64,000 bases of DNA from an uncultured bacterium (GTDB lineage Bacteria; Zhuqueibacterota; QNDG01; CAYUAG01): assembly GCA_964515295.1 (NCBI GenBank), contig CAZETW010000004.1:4994-68993 (forward strand), given 5' to 3'. Every line of letters begins with the position of its first letter. Positions within the stretch are counted from its first letter, which is position 1. Both the position numbers and the translations under genes were made by a program. The notes under the pieces were generated by a model that saw nothing but the letters and a program-made list of their open reading frames with translations, searched no databases and had not been told where the DNA came from. Of this stretch, positions 36,791-46,700 are shown one piece after another.

Positions 36791-38611
36791 ATGGTACTAG
36801 AAAAGTCAGGTAAATCATTCGTATTATTAATAATTCTTTTTGCATGCATCCCATCATTCCTTGAGGCACAGTCATTGGATCAACAGTTAAATATAGCAAG
36901 AAAACTGGAAAATCAAGGACGTATTCAGAGTGCTCTGGAACTGATGGAAACACTATATAAGAATCATCCTGAAAATATAGCTGTTTTCTCACGATATGCC
37001 AGTGTGCTGATGAAATCCCGTCATTACACTAAGCTTCTTTCTCTTATAAATGAAAAAGAAGAAAGAGGAAGGATTGATTTTGATAACAGCATATTGAAAG
37101 CAAGAGTCTTTTATCGTCAGGGCAGATACGACCAGGCAATGCAAACCTGGAATTCTATTTTAAGGGGATATCCGCAAAACAGAATTATGTATTATAAAGT
37201 TGCCTCCAGTATGATCAATGAACGACTATTAGAAGAGGCATTACAGGTTTACCTGGAGGGGAGAAAAACGTTGAATGACAATGATCTTTTCAGTTTAAAT
37301 ATTGTAAATGTTTATGAGGCCTTGTTAGAATTTGAAAAAGCAACCAAAGAGCTGTTACAATATTTAGAACATAATCCCAAACGATATGCTGTTGTGGAAG
37401 CAAAATTACACCGGTTTAAAGGTTCCGATCAGATTGTATCCACAGTTTCTGCTCTCCTTAAAAAAGCAATAAAAAAAAAGTCTCACAATAAACAATTGAA
37501 AGAATTATTGGTGAAATATTATATTGGAGCAGAATACTTTCAGGAGGGATGGGATGCAGCCCGAAAATTTTTTCCTTCTGATGAACAGGATAATGAAAAT
37601 ATACTGTTTTTATTTGCTGAACATGCTTATAAAGCAGGTTCATCCAGGATGGCGGAAAAGGCGTACAGAAAAATTTTACAGACTGATTCAATTTTTATTC
37701 CGGTTGGAAAAGTTTATTTTGGTCTGGCTCAGACCCTGGAAGTTCAGAAAAAATATGAAAAATCAATTCATTATTATGATCTGGCCTATAAAAATTTGAA
37801 AAATTTTTCCGCTGTTTTACAGTCAAGGTTGCAAAAGGCTCGTATTTTAAAAGACGCACTGAATGAGTTTGAAAAGGCAGAAAAAATGTACAGGACACTG
37901 ATCAATCAGCCTCTTAATCCACAGCAGCTGTATAATTGTTATTTTTCTTTGGGAGAATGTCTGATTGCTCAGGGAAAAATTAGCGAAGCTGAAAAAATTT
38001 ATTTAAAAACAGCTGATGAATTTTCTGAAGAAAAGAATACATACTGGATAAAAGCAATTGTATCATTGGGCAGGATGTTTTATTTCAAAGGAGAATTTGA
38101 TACATCACTAACCTATCTCAATCAGCTTTCCAGTACTGATATTAATGAGGAATATCTCAATGAAGAATCCCTGAATGACGGATTGGAATTAAGAATGCTG
38201 ATCAAACAAAATCTCAGAAATTCAGAGAAACCGTTAAGGCTTCTGGCACGGGCTGAATATCATGAGGAAAGGAAAGGATATGAAAAGGCCGTTGCGGTTC
38301 TTGATACTCTTATTGAAGGCTGTTCTGACAGTACTATGATCCGATACGGTTTATTTAAAAAAGGAACAGTTCTTATACGGTTACAGCAATATAAAGCAAG
38401 TATAAATGTTTTTAACGAATTTATAGAAAAATATCCTGCGGATCAATTGACTGATCAAGCTCTGGAAAGAACGGGCTGGGCATACCAAAAAGTCGGGAAT
38501 CCTGAAATAGCAGCTGCATACTATGAAAATCTTCTTACCAATTTCCCCCACAGCTTACTAAAGGAGGAGGTAAGAATGAGAATACGCAGTATAGAAGAAG
38601 AGGAAAAGTAA
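36791..38611 (+). CDS. Tetratricopeptide-repeat protein with signal peptide
   Basis: 606 aa; N-terminal signal, multiple TPR-like helical repeats. Confidence 0.7.
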   Translation: MVLEKSGKSFVLLIILFACIPSFLEAQSLDQQLNIARKLENQGRIQSALELMETLYKNHPENIAVFSRYASVLMKSRHYTKLLSLINEKEERGRIDFDNSILKARVFYRQGRYDQAMQTWNSILRGYPQNRIMYYKVASSMINERLLEEALQVYLEGRKTLNDNDLFSLNIVNVYEALLEFEKATKELLQYLEHNPKRYAVVEAKLHRFKGSDQIVSTVSALLKKAIKKKSHNKQLKELLVKYYIGAEYFQEGWDAARKFFPSDEQDNENILFLFAEHAYKAGSSRMAEKAYRKILQTDSIFIPVGKVYFGLAQTLEVQKKYEKSIHYYDLAYKNLKNFSAVLQSRLQKARILKDALNEFEKAEKMYRTLINQPLNPQQLYNCYFSLGECLIAQGKISEAEKIYLKTADEFSEEKNTYWIKAIVSLGRMFYFKGEFDTSLTYLNQLSSTDINEEYLNEESLNDGLELRMLIKQNLRNSEKPLRLLARAEYHEERKGYEKAVAVLDTLIEGCSDSTMIRYGLFKKGTVLIRLQQYKASINVFNEFIEKYPADQLTDQALERTGWAYQKVGNPEIAAAYYENLLTNFPHSLLKEEVRMRIRSIEEEEK

Positions 38612-39873
38612 TGATAAAAAATAAAATTAGTGTTATCATTTTATTGATAATTTGTTCGTCTCTGCGGGCTGAAAGTATTCTTATTCCCATGGATCTGGAA
38701 CAGAATAATCACCTTAAAGCGTATGGAGCTGCTTACTGGACTCTAAAACAGGGTATAGATGTACGCTGGCTTCTGAATTACAGGGGCGGTTCTTTTCTCA
38801 TAGAGTCGGTAGAAACTGTAAAACGCAGATGCAGCATACTTGGCGTTTCATTTGAAATCATTTCCGGATCTGCAGTTACTTCTATCCTGCATACAATTGA
38901 AAATAACAATATGGAGGTAATTCTTCTGGAAAAGGCGCCCTCTATTGCTGTATATGTACCGCCCAATCATGTGCCCTGGGATGATGCTGTTACGTTATCT
39001 CTCACCTATGCTGAAATACCTTATGATAAAGTCTGGGATCAGGAAATTCTGGAGGGGAATCTATCACAGTATGACTGGCTTCATCTTCACCATGAAGATT
39101 TTACAGGTCAGTATGGTAAATTTTATGGATCATATCGGAATGCACCATGGTATATACAACAGCAGCAGCTGTATGAAAAAGAGGCCAAACGACTTGGATT
39201 TTCCAAAGTATCCGAACTAAAACTTTCTGTGGCTTTGAATATTAAAGAGTATATCCGTAAAGGAGGTTTTCTTTTTGCTATGTGTTCTGCAACAGATTCT
39301 TATGATATTGCTCTGGCAGCTCAGAATACGGATATCTGCGATGTGGTTTTTGACGGAGATCCTCTGGATCCTCATTATAAAGATAAACTGGATTTTACCC
39401 AGTGTCTTGCCTTTGAAAACTTTGAGCTTATCACTCAGCCGACAATCTATGAATATTCAAATGTTGATACAACCCCCCTGGACCAGACTGCAGTACAGAC
39501 CGGAAAAGATGATTATTTTACTCTTTTTGAATTTTCTGCCAAATATGATCCTGTACCGACAATGTTAACTCAGAATCATGTTTCAGTTATTCATAATTTT
39601 ATGGGACAGACTACTGCCTATAATAAAAATGTTATTAAAAAAGAGGTGGTGATAATAGCAGAAAAAAAAGGGGCTAATGAAGTTAAATATATCCATGGAA
39701 ATCATGGAAAAGGTACTTTTACTTTTCTGGGAGGACATGATCCGGAGGATTACAGACACTTTGTAGGTGATCCGCCTACTGATCTTAATCTTCATAAAAA
39801 TTCTCCGGGATATAGATTGATCTTAAATAATATATTATTTCCGGCAGCGAAAAAGAAAAAACTGAAAACATAA
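38611..39873 (+). CDS. Secreted hypothetical protein (possible class I glutamine-amidotransferase-like/ThuA-like fold)
   Basis: 420 aa; signal peptide; GGFLFAMCSATDSYD motif resembles a nucleophile-elbow Cys; translationally coupled to upstream TPR gene (stop/start overlap). Confidence 0.45.
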   Translation: MIKNKISVIILLIICSSLRAESILIPMDLEQNNHLKAYGAAYWTLKQGIDVRWLLNYRGGSFLIESVETVKRRCSILGVSFEIISGSAVTSILHTIENNNMEVILLEKAPSIAVYVPPNHVPWDDAVTLSLTYAEIPYDKVWDQEILEGNLSQYDWLHLHHEDFTGQYGKFYGSYRNAPWYIQQQQLYEKEAKRLGFSKVSELKLSVALNIKEYIRKGGFLFAMCSATDSYDIALAAQNTDICDVVFDGDPLDPHYKDKLDFTQCLAFENFELITQPTIYEYSNVDTTPLDQTAVQTGKDDYFTLFEFSAKYDPVPTMLTQNHVSVIHNFMGQTTAYNKNVIKKEVVIIAEKKGANEVKYIHGNHGKGTFTFLGGHDPEDYRHFVGDPPTDLNLHKNSPGYRLILNNILFPAAKKKKLKT

Positions 39874-39911
39874 TTAGGAACATTTTAGATAAATGCTGGT
39901 GATGTGATTTT

Positions 39912-41294
39912 ATGTCAGATAAAAAATTAGATGAAATATATAAGCGGCTTTTCCGTATTGGGGCTGCAATTGAGAAAACAGGAGGAAACACACTGCACAG
40001 CGGGAACCTTTCTCTGCGCGATCCTGATGATCCGGATATATTTTATATTACGGCCAGTGGTTCACAATGCGGAGCTTTGAACCCTGCTGATATTGTTCAG
40101 CTTAGATTTTCCCGGAGGAGCAGCAATGATAACCGTGCGTCTACTGAAACTCCAACTCACAGAAAGGTACTTAATATAAAAGGAGTCAAGGCAGTAGTAC
40201 ACGCACATTGTTTTAACAGTACACTTATATCTTTTGATACTGGAGAGCAGCAGCTTTTTCTGCAGTATCTGGGTAAAGACCGAAAAGGAAGAGATGAATT
40301 TCTGTTCCTGCCTGTAGATCTTTATGGTTCTTTTTGCATTGGGAAAGTGCCAGTGAACAGTTACATTGAACCGGTAGGATCTGCAGAAATGGAGGAGAGA
40401 ATCCCTCACTATCTGGCTGAGAATACATGTACCATTGTTCAGACACATGGTCCCTTTATTAGGGAAGATTCGCCTGAGAAGGCATTTCATTTTCTCTCAA
40501 TACTGGACATTAGTGCAGAGATGGTACTCTGTCTCAGGCGCCGGGGTATAGATGTAATTAAGATCCAAAAAATATTAAAGTTTAAAGGCAGGGCAACATT
40601 TTTCCCCGTACAGCCTCATCGATTTCAGGATATTGACTTTACCTGCTGTGATATTAAAGAAAAGCCAGTTATTCAGGATTTCAAGCAAAGACTTATATAT
40701 AATTTTAATCATCGACTGAGCGGTTTTGCAACCGGGTCCATGAGTCTGAAAGTATCGGATACTGACATGATATACTGTCCTCTGTCTGCTCTTCCTGAAG
40801 GATTCAGTATTCCTTTGCTTAAAAAATCCATAAAGTCTGATTCAGAAGAAAATTTTGATCTAAGGATACATAAAATGATCTATCAGAATACTGATCAGAC
40901 CAGCTGCATGATTACAATCAGTCCCCGGGCAGTAGCTGAAGGAATGGCAGTTCTAGCTGAAAAATATGGTATAGAGGTCCTGTGCGGTAATGGAGCTATG
41001 ATCTCTTACACGAACAGAGGACATCCTGTAATTACTGCTGTTGATGCAGAAGCCAGGTACTGCAGTCCTGAACTGGGAGTGGTTGATATAACGCAGCTTT
41101 CTGATCTGAGGTCTGATAATCCTATTCTGGACATGCTGAGAGAGTATAAGGGGTGTTGTGTAGTGGCAAACTATGGTGTTATTTCTACCAGCCGGAACGG
41201 TCTGGAACAGGCTGCCTGTAAAGCTTTTTTGGCGGAGCGTATAGCTGGTTTCAGACAGGAAGCAGGGATCACAATCAGATCAATACAGCTGTAA
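39912..41294 (+). CDS. Tandem class II aldolase/adducin-fold protein (N-terminal domain intact, C-terminal domain degenerate)
   Basis: 460 aa; domain 1 has SGNLSLR, Glu-His (STETPTHR), VVHAHC and VQTHG metal-ligand motifs; domain 2 keeps the fold signature (GSMSLKV, ANYGVI) but lacks the His ligands. Confidence 0.6.
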   Translation: MSDKKLDEIYKRLFRIGAAIEKTGGNTLHSGNLSLRDPDDPDIFYITASGSQCGALNPADIVQLRFSRRSSNDNRASTETPTHRKVLNIKGVKAVVHAHCFNSTLISFDTGEQQLFLQYLGKDRKGRDEFLFLPVDLYGSFCIGKVPVNSYIEPVGSAEMEERIPHYLAENTCTIVQTHGPFIREDSPEKAFHFLSILDISAEMVLCLRRRGIDVIKIQKILKFKGRATFFPVQPHRFQDIDFTCCDIKEKPVIQDFKQRLIYNFNHRLSGFATGSMSLKVSDTDMIYCPLSALPEGFSIPLLKKSIKSDSEENFDLRIHKMIYQNTDQTSCMITISPRAVAEGMAVLAEKYGIEVLCGNGAMISYTNRGHPVITAVDAEARYCSPELGVVDITQLSDLRSDNPILDMLREYKGCCVVANYGVISTSRNGLEQAACKAFLAERIAGFRQEAGITIRSIQL

Positions 41295-41351
41295 ATTTAC
41301 ATTCATGTATTGATGTTATGTAATTCAAAGAACTTAAAGGAGGTAACAGAT

Positions 41352-41909
41352 ATGACTGATTTTAAGAAAATTCCAATCGACTCTGCTCACAGATTAATAA
41401 ATCATGGCCCCACTGTTCTAATTTCTACCAGGGATCAAGAAGGGAATTACAACCTTGCCCCCATAGCCTGGAACACACCGGCAGGAAAGAATCCCCCTAC
41501 ATTTCTGACAGTCATAGGGAAAAGCCATAAAACCAATGAAAACATAATAGAAACCAATGAATTTATAGTTTGTATACCTCATAAAAAGCAGACAGAAATG
41601 CTTCTCAAAACAGGTAAAATTTCCGGTTATGAAGTGAATAAATTTAATGAATTTAATATTGATACAATCAGGGCTGATAGGGTAGGAGCTCTGGTACCGG
41701 TTGACTGCATAGGCTACAGTGAATGTACGGTGCGAAAGGTGGTGAAGTTAGAAAAAGTAAATATATTTATTGCTTCAGTTATACAAGCCTGGGCACAAAA
41801 GGATGTTTTTACCGACAGATTATTAGTTGAAAAAGAGGCGGCAAAAACAATACATCATTTGGGTGGGCATCTATTTTCTGTTCCGGATTCAGATATTGTT
41901 AATCTGTAA
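41352..41909 (+). CDS. Flavin reductase-like (FMN-binding split-barrel) protein
   Basis: AGGAGG SD 9 nt upstream of this ATG; LINHGPTVLISTRDQEGNYNLAPIAW typical flavin reductase domain. Confidence 0.7.
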   Translation: MTDFKKIPIDSAHRLINHGPTVLISTRDQEGNYNLAPIAWNTPAGKNPPTFLTVIGKSHKTNENIIETNEFIVCIPHKKQTEMLLKTGKISGYEVNKFNEFNIDTIRADRVGALVPVDCIGYSECTVRKVVKLEKVNIFIASVIQAWAQKDVFTDRLLVEKEAAKTIHHLGGHLFSVPDSDIVNL

Positions 41910-41924
41910 ATGTAGTGACTTATA

Positions 41925-42332
41925 TTAAAATTGAAGGTCCATAGCCCAGGTGGGGCAGGCAGTAATACATAATTCACAGGCCAGACATTGCGTGTCATCA
42001 AATTCAATTTTTCTGTTTACAGGATTTACTTTTAAGGCATCAGTAGGGCATACTCCCACACATAAACCGCAATGGGTGCACCTTTTTTTATCACGTACAA
42101 CATCTTTTTGAAGCGGCTTAATACTGAGTCCCAGTTTTTTCAGATAATCAAGACCGGATTTATAATCATTATTATTACCTTTTATCTCAAGAACAAGCAC
42201 TCCTTCTTCCTTTGGAGTTATAGCTGCTTTTAAAATATTAAATTCCAGATTATAATCTTTTACCAGCTGACATGCTATGGGCTGATCAACTAATGTTGGC
42301 GGAAATTTTACAACTATGCGTTTTGTAATCAT
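41925..42332 (-). CDS. NIL-domain ferredoxin with two [4Fe-4S] clusters
   Basis: 135 aa; N-terminal NIL domain, C-terminal CTHCGLCVGVCP and CLACELCITACP cluster motifs. Confidence 0.8.
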   Translation of the reverse strand: MITKRIVVKFPPTLVDQPIACQLVKDYNLEFNILKAAITPKEEGVLVLEIKGNNNDYKSGLDYLKKLGLSIKPLQKDVVRDKKRCTHCGLCVGVCPTDALKVNPVNRKIEFDDTQCLACELCITACPTWAMDLQF

Positions 42333-42381
42333 TAAGAACCCTTTTATATTTTTATAAATAAATCTGTAAATATAATTTCAT

Positions 42382-43551
42382 TTACTCTTTTTCTGAACCA
42401 GGAATGTAAGCAACCGGATTGGTTAACAAAAACTCTCCCTTTTTTATCCATTCTTTTAAGGATTCGGCGATTTCCACTGCTTTAGGATAGCTTGATAACG
42501 ATGCTGTTTTTATTCTTTTTTTATTTATTGTTATTTCTCCTGATTTTAGTTCTGCGTATGATACTGTTCCCAAAATTTTGTTTTTCCCCTGTGGATAATC
42601 ACTCCCGTAGTCCACAACCGGTGCGTAGATATCTTCATCTCTGACTGCTGTATACCTGGCCATTTGTTCGTTAATTATTGGTATGGGAATACCGATGCTC
42701 ACCATTAAGGTTGCTCCGTATCCTGACATGGACAGTCCCACAAGCCAGGAAGGTTTCATTTTCTTTAAATTACCGATGACTGCCAAAGTACCTGCCGGAA
42801 CCCGTGGGACCTGGCTTTTTGTCCTGGGTACATCGGGTTTATGCTGGGTCCCGGGCCATGCAATGTAACCTCGGTCACCTCCCAGGAAAATTTTGGTTCC
42901 GATCCCTATAGTCTGATATAGGGGATCATTCAGCAGGGGAGAGAGCTGTCCTGCTGAACAATAGGTAGCATTATTCATATTCGGTTTCAGCATACCCATA
43001 TATGTATAAATATTCTTGTCTGTACGGTTTACTGCCACGTTATAATTCTGATATGCATTCCTGGGATTAAATAACACAGCATCATTGACATTTTTAATAT
43101 TAATAATTGTTTCATATTTTCTCCCGGGATAGCAGTCAGTTCCATAAGAGTATGCACGGAGTTCTATATCTTTACCTGAAACAAAATCTTCAATAACATG
43201 TCCGCCGCCATATCTGAACTCACCGGGATGTATTTTATTTTTCGGATCATCTTCAGTAAGCTGAGAACAGCCGAGTAAAATGTCTGCTGCAGCAAATCCG
43301 GTATAAGCAGGAACATTATTCAGATAGCAAATTCCTCCGCCCAGTTTAATTTTTGGTTTTGACTGTGCAATGTTAAAATAAGCTCCACTGGAACACATGG
43401 GTCCGAATGTACCTGTAGTAACAACATCCACCTCCTCTGCTGCTGCCTTTGTACCGTTTTCCTTTACAATAGAAATCATTTCCTCAGCAGTAACAACAAC
43501 AGCTTCTTTTTTTTTGATTTTCTGGTTGATTTCTGCAATAGTCTTTGCCAT
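42382..43551 (-). CDS. DUF39 family protein (L-aspartate-semialdehyde sulfurtransferase-like; homocysteine biosynthesis), lacking CBS domains
   Basis: 389 aa; DUF39 family recalled from sequence features; paired with NIL-ferredoxin as in methanogen MA1821/MA1822. Confidence 0.6.
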   Translation of the reverse strand: MAKTIAEINQKIKKKEAVVVTAEEMISIVKENGTKAAAEEVDVVTTGTFGPMCSSGAYFNIAQSKPKIKLGGGICYLNNVPAYTGFAAADILLGCSQLTEDDPKNKIHPGEFRYGGGHVIEDFVSGKDIELRAYSYGTDCYPGRKYETIINIKNVNDAVLFNPRNAYQNYNVAVNRTDKNIYTYMGMLKPNMNNATYCSAGQLSPLLNDPLYQTIGIGTKIFLGGDRGYIAWPGTQHKPDVPRTKSQVPRVPAGTLAVIGNLKKMKPSWLVGLSMSGYGATLMVSIGIPIPIINEQMARYTAVRDEDIYAPVVDYGSDYPQGKNKILGTVSYAELKSGEITINKKRIKTASLSSYPKAVEIAESLKEWIKKGEFLLTNPVAYIPGSEKE

Positions 43552-43725
43552 GTGTTTTTCCTTTTTTAATTATACAGTCTTTGTTTCATGTATACTTGAG
43601 ATTAGTAAATTGCATAAAAATTAACTAATTAAAAATTAATTGTCAAGTGTTTAATCTTTTTGTAAATTAAAAATTCTGATAATAATAAAAAAAGAGGTTG
43701 TTTCAGTTAATTATTTATGATCCGA

Positions 43726-46700
43726 CTATAGAACCTGTTTACGCAGAGTCTGCTGCATTCTTTTAATTCTTTCAAACAGGTCTCTTCTTTCCGGTGTTCG
43801 TTTTAATACTTCATTCCATTGAAAAACAGCCTTTTTATATTCCCCCCTGTTTGCATAAATTACTCCCAGATTTTCAGCAACTGTAAGATTATCAGGCTGT
43901 ACACGACGGACTTTATCATAGTAATATTCTGATTTATCTAAATTACCGATCTTGAAATAAGCATCTCCAAGATAATGCAGGGCATTTAAATTTGTGGGAT
44001 CTTCATTCAGAACTTTTTTAATCGCAATGATAGCTTTTTCATATGATCCCTGTTTATAAAACCATTTTCCGGATTTTAAAAAGCGCTGAATCCTTTTTTC
44101 TCTGATCCTTTTTTCTTCTTCCGGGTTTGGTTTTTTTTCTTCAGGTACTCTTTTTCTTTTTTGGACATCCAGGCCTTCTGACATCTTAAGAAAACTGGTT
44201 TCTTCCTCCTCTTGTTTATCTTTACCATATTCAATGTCTTCATGTTGTTCTTCATCCAGCAATTCATCTGCTGTAAAAGAAGCTATCTCTTCTTCTACAT
44301 CCTGTTCGTCAAAGACATCAGAGTAATATATATCTTTATGATCAAGTGTTTCTTCAATTTCCTCAAGTTCATCAATTTCTTCTTCACTTTCTTGCGGAAT
44401 TTCTTTTACAATATCCTGTTTTTGTTCTTCTTTTTCTTCAAGAGATTCAGCCGGCGCTTCCTCTTCTGATTCAGGAGTGATAATGTCTTCATCTTCAGAA
44501 CTGCCTATAAAATCATTTAAAATATGATCGGTTTTTTCGTGTATTTCACTTTCATGTTCAGAAATAACTTCTTCAGGTTCTTCAGAGATAACCTCTTCGA
44601 AATCTTTTTCTTCTTCTTTGATTACTTTTCTGTCTTCATCCTCAACGTCAACAGACTGCTCAACGATTGTAGGTTTATTAACAATTTTTCCGTCCAAGGT
44701 AACAAAAGGAGTACCTGGTTTCTTTAGAGCTTTGCGTCCGCCTTTTTCAATAAAAGCCAAACGTAATTCTTTGGTATTTAATTTGCTTTTTACTAATTCA
44801 TCGTAAATTCTTTTTTCATCAATTTCTACATTATCATATTTATCACTCTTTAATTCCTCACTAATTCTTTTTGCTCCATAATCAGGATTATTTTTAATAA
44901 TGTCGATAATTTTGGCTCTGTCTTCAATGCTTATATGTTTATCTTCAATTTTTGTAATTTTCCTTCCGTCATATAATCCTTCTTTTCCCTTTTTATTGTA
45001 TTTCTTTCTGTATTTATAATATGTTGAGGTAGAAACATTTTCCCTTTTACATGCTTCTTTAACACTTAATCCTTTTTTATCAACTAATTTCATCAACCGT
45101 AATCTGTGATTAAATAATACATCCTCAGCTTTCAATTTTTCTCTTATAGCCACCAGGGTAATATCATCAGTTTGCGCAAAACCTTCGGAAAAGATGATTA
45201 TTTCATCTCTGATCTTATTTACAAATGGTTCTACATTTAAGTCTCCATATTCTCTTATGACCGAAAGAAACCGTTCATCACCAAAGCGTTCTCTGTTGTG
45301 ATTCATGGCTTCGGTAATACCATCAGTATAGACGATCAGCGAATCTTCGGGTCTTAAATGCAGAGTGTCAGATTCAATTGTTTTATTAAACAGAGAATCA
45401 TCGGGCAGTTTAATTCCTATGGGAAATCCTTTCGGATTCAGGTAGTAACTTTTTTTGGTAGATCCTCTATAGAGAATCATGGGATTATGTCCGGCACTGG
45501 CGTAATTTATAGATCTTTTCTTGGAATCAAGAATTACATAAAATATAGTAACAAACATTCCGCGTTTCATATCTTTCATGACAAAACTGTTTACTTTAGC
45601 CAGTACATCAGCAGCATTTTTATTGCCGCGCGCTTCAGTACGAAGTGCTGTTCGGATCATGGTCATTACCAGGGAACCAGGAACTCCTTTACCTGAAACG
45701 TCTGCAACCACAATACCCAGAGTATCATTATCTACCTCCACAAAATCAAAGTAATCTCCGCCCACTTCTTTTGCTGCTTCATAGTATGTAGATATCTCAT
45801 ATCCTTCAATATCCGGAAAAGAAGCCGGGAGCAGTGTTTGCTGTATATCCTGGGCAACCTGTACTTCTTTTTGCAGTCTTTCCTGTTCTGCTAAATGTTC
45901 CTGAGTTTCACGAAATTTTTCTGTAATATCATTAAAAGCTTGAGCTATTTCGCCCACTTCATCTGAATTATCGAATTCCATCACATCTTCTGCTTCTCCC
46001 CGTCCCAAAGCTTTAACCCAGTGAGATAATTTTTTAAAAGGACTCATAGTAGTATATACAAGTACAAAAACTCCTATGCAGCCGCTTACTAATATAACCA
46101 AAGATCTCCAGAAAATACTTTTTCTCTTTTGTGCAACGTTACCGTCAACAAAGCTTTTATTCAACATGATATGGACTGAGCCTAAAATATACCTGTTATC
46201 ATCAATTTCAAATTCAGCGGGTTTATTTATGTCATATACACTGCCCACACCAGCATAGTCATATACATATAAACTATCAGATTTTTTTCTGTATTTTCGT
46301 GGGAGTGAAAATGGTTTTAACAGGTTCTCCATATTCACTGCACCCTGAATACTGCCAGTGCTGTCTACAATAATTATTTCTGAAACCAGTGGAGTATGAT
46401 TATGCTGTAATTCAGCTGAAATTCTTGCTAATTCCCAGGTTTCTTCATTAGCAAGAAATTCGGCGGAATTCTGCACTACAGTTGAAGCCAGTTTTTGTCC
46501 TTCTTCAAGATAGGTGTTAAATACTTTTTTCCCTTGATAAATATAATTCCAGATCGAGAATATTAGTATTAAAAAGGTTAATATACCAGAGGCAATCAAC
46601 GAATATCGGGTTTTCATGGAAAAGCTCAACTCTGGTATGGAAAATTTTTTGGAAACATCTAATTCACGAATTTTTGTCAGACGTAATTCATTTCCCTCTA

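Noticed and set aside
43552-43725. SAM riboswitch or promoter upstream of the DUF39 gene
   Set aside because: The 174-bp gap is too short and lacks SAM-I conserved helices. A TTGACA hexamer exists on the minus strand (revcomp of 43643-43648) but the -10 is poor, so it is left unannotated.
45000-45600. Possible IS element inserted in the large signalling gene, suggested by the transposase-like HTH
   Set aside because: The HTH segment is in frame within one continuous 1118-aa ORF. There is no DDE or integrase catalytic domain, no inverted repeats and no target-site duplication. It is interpreted as a domesticated DNA-binding domain.
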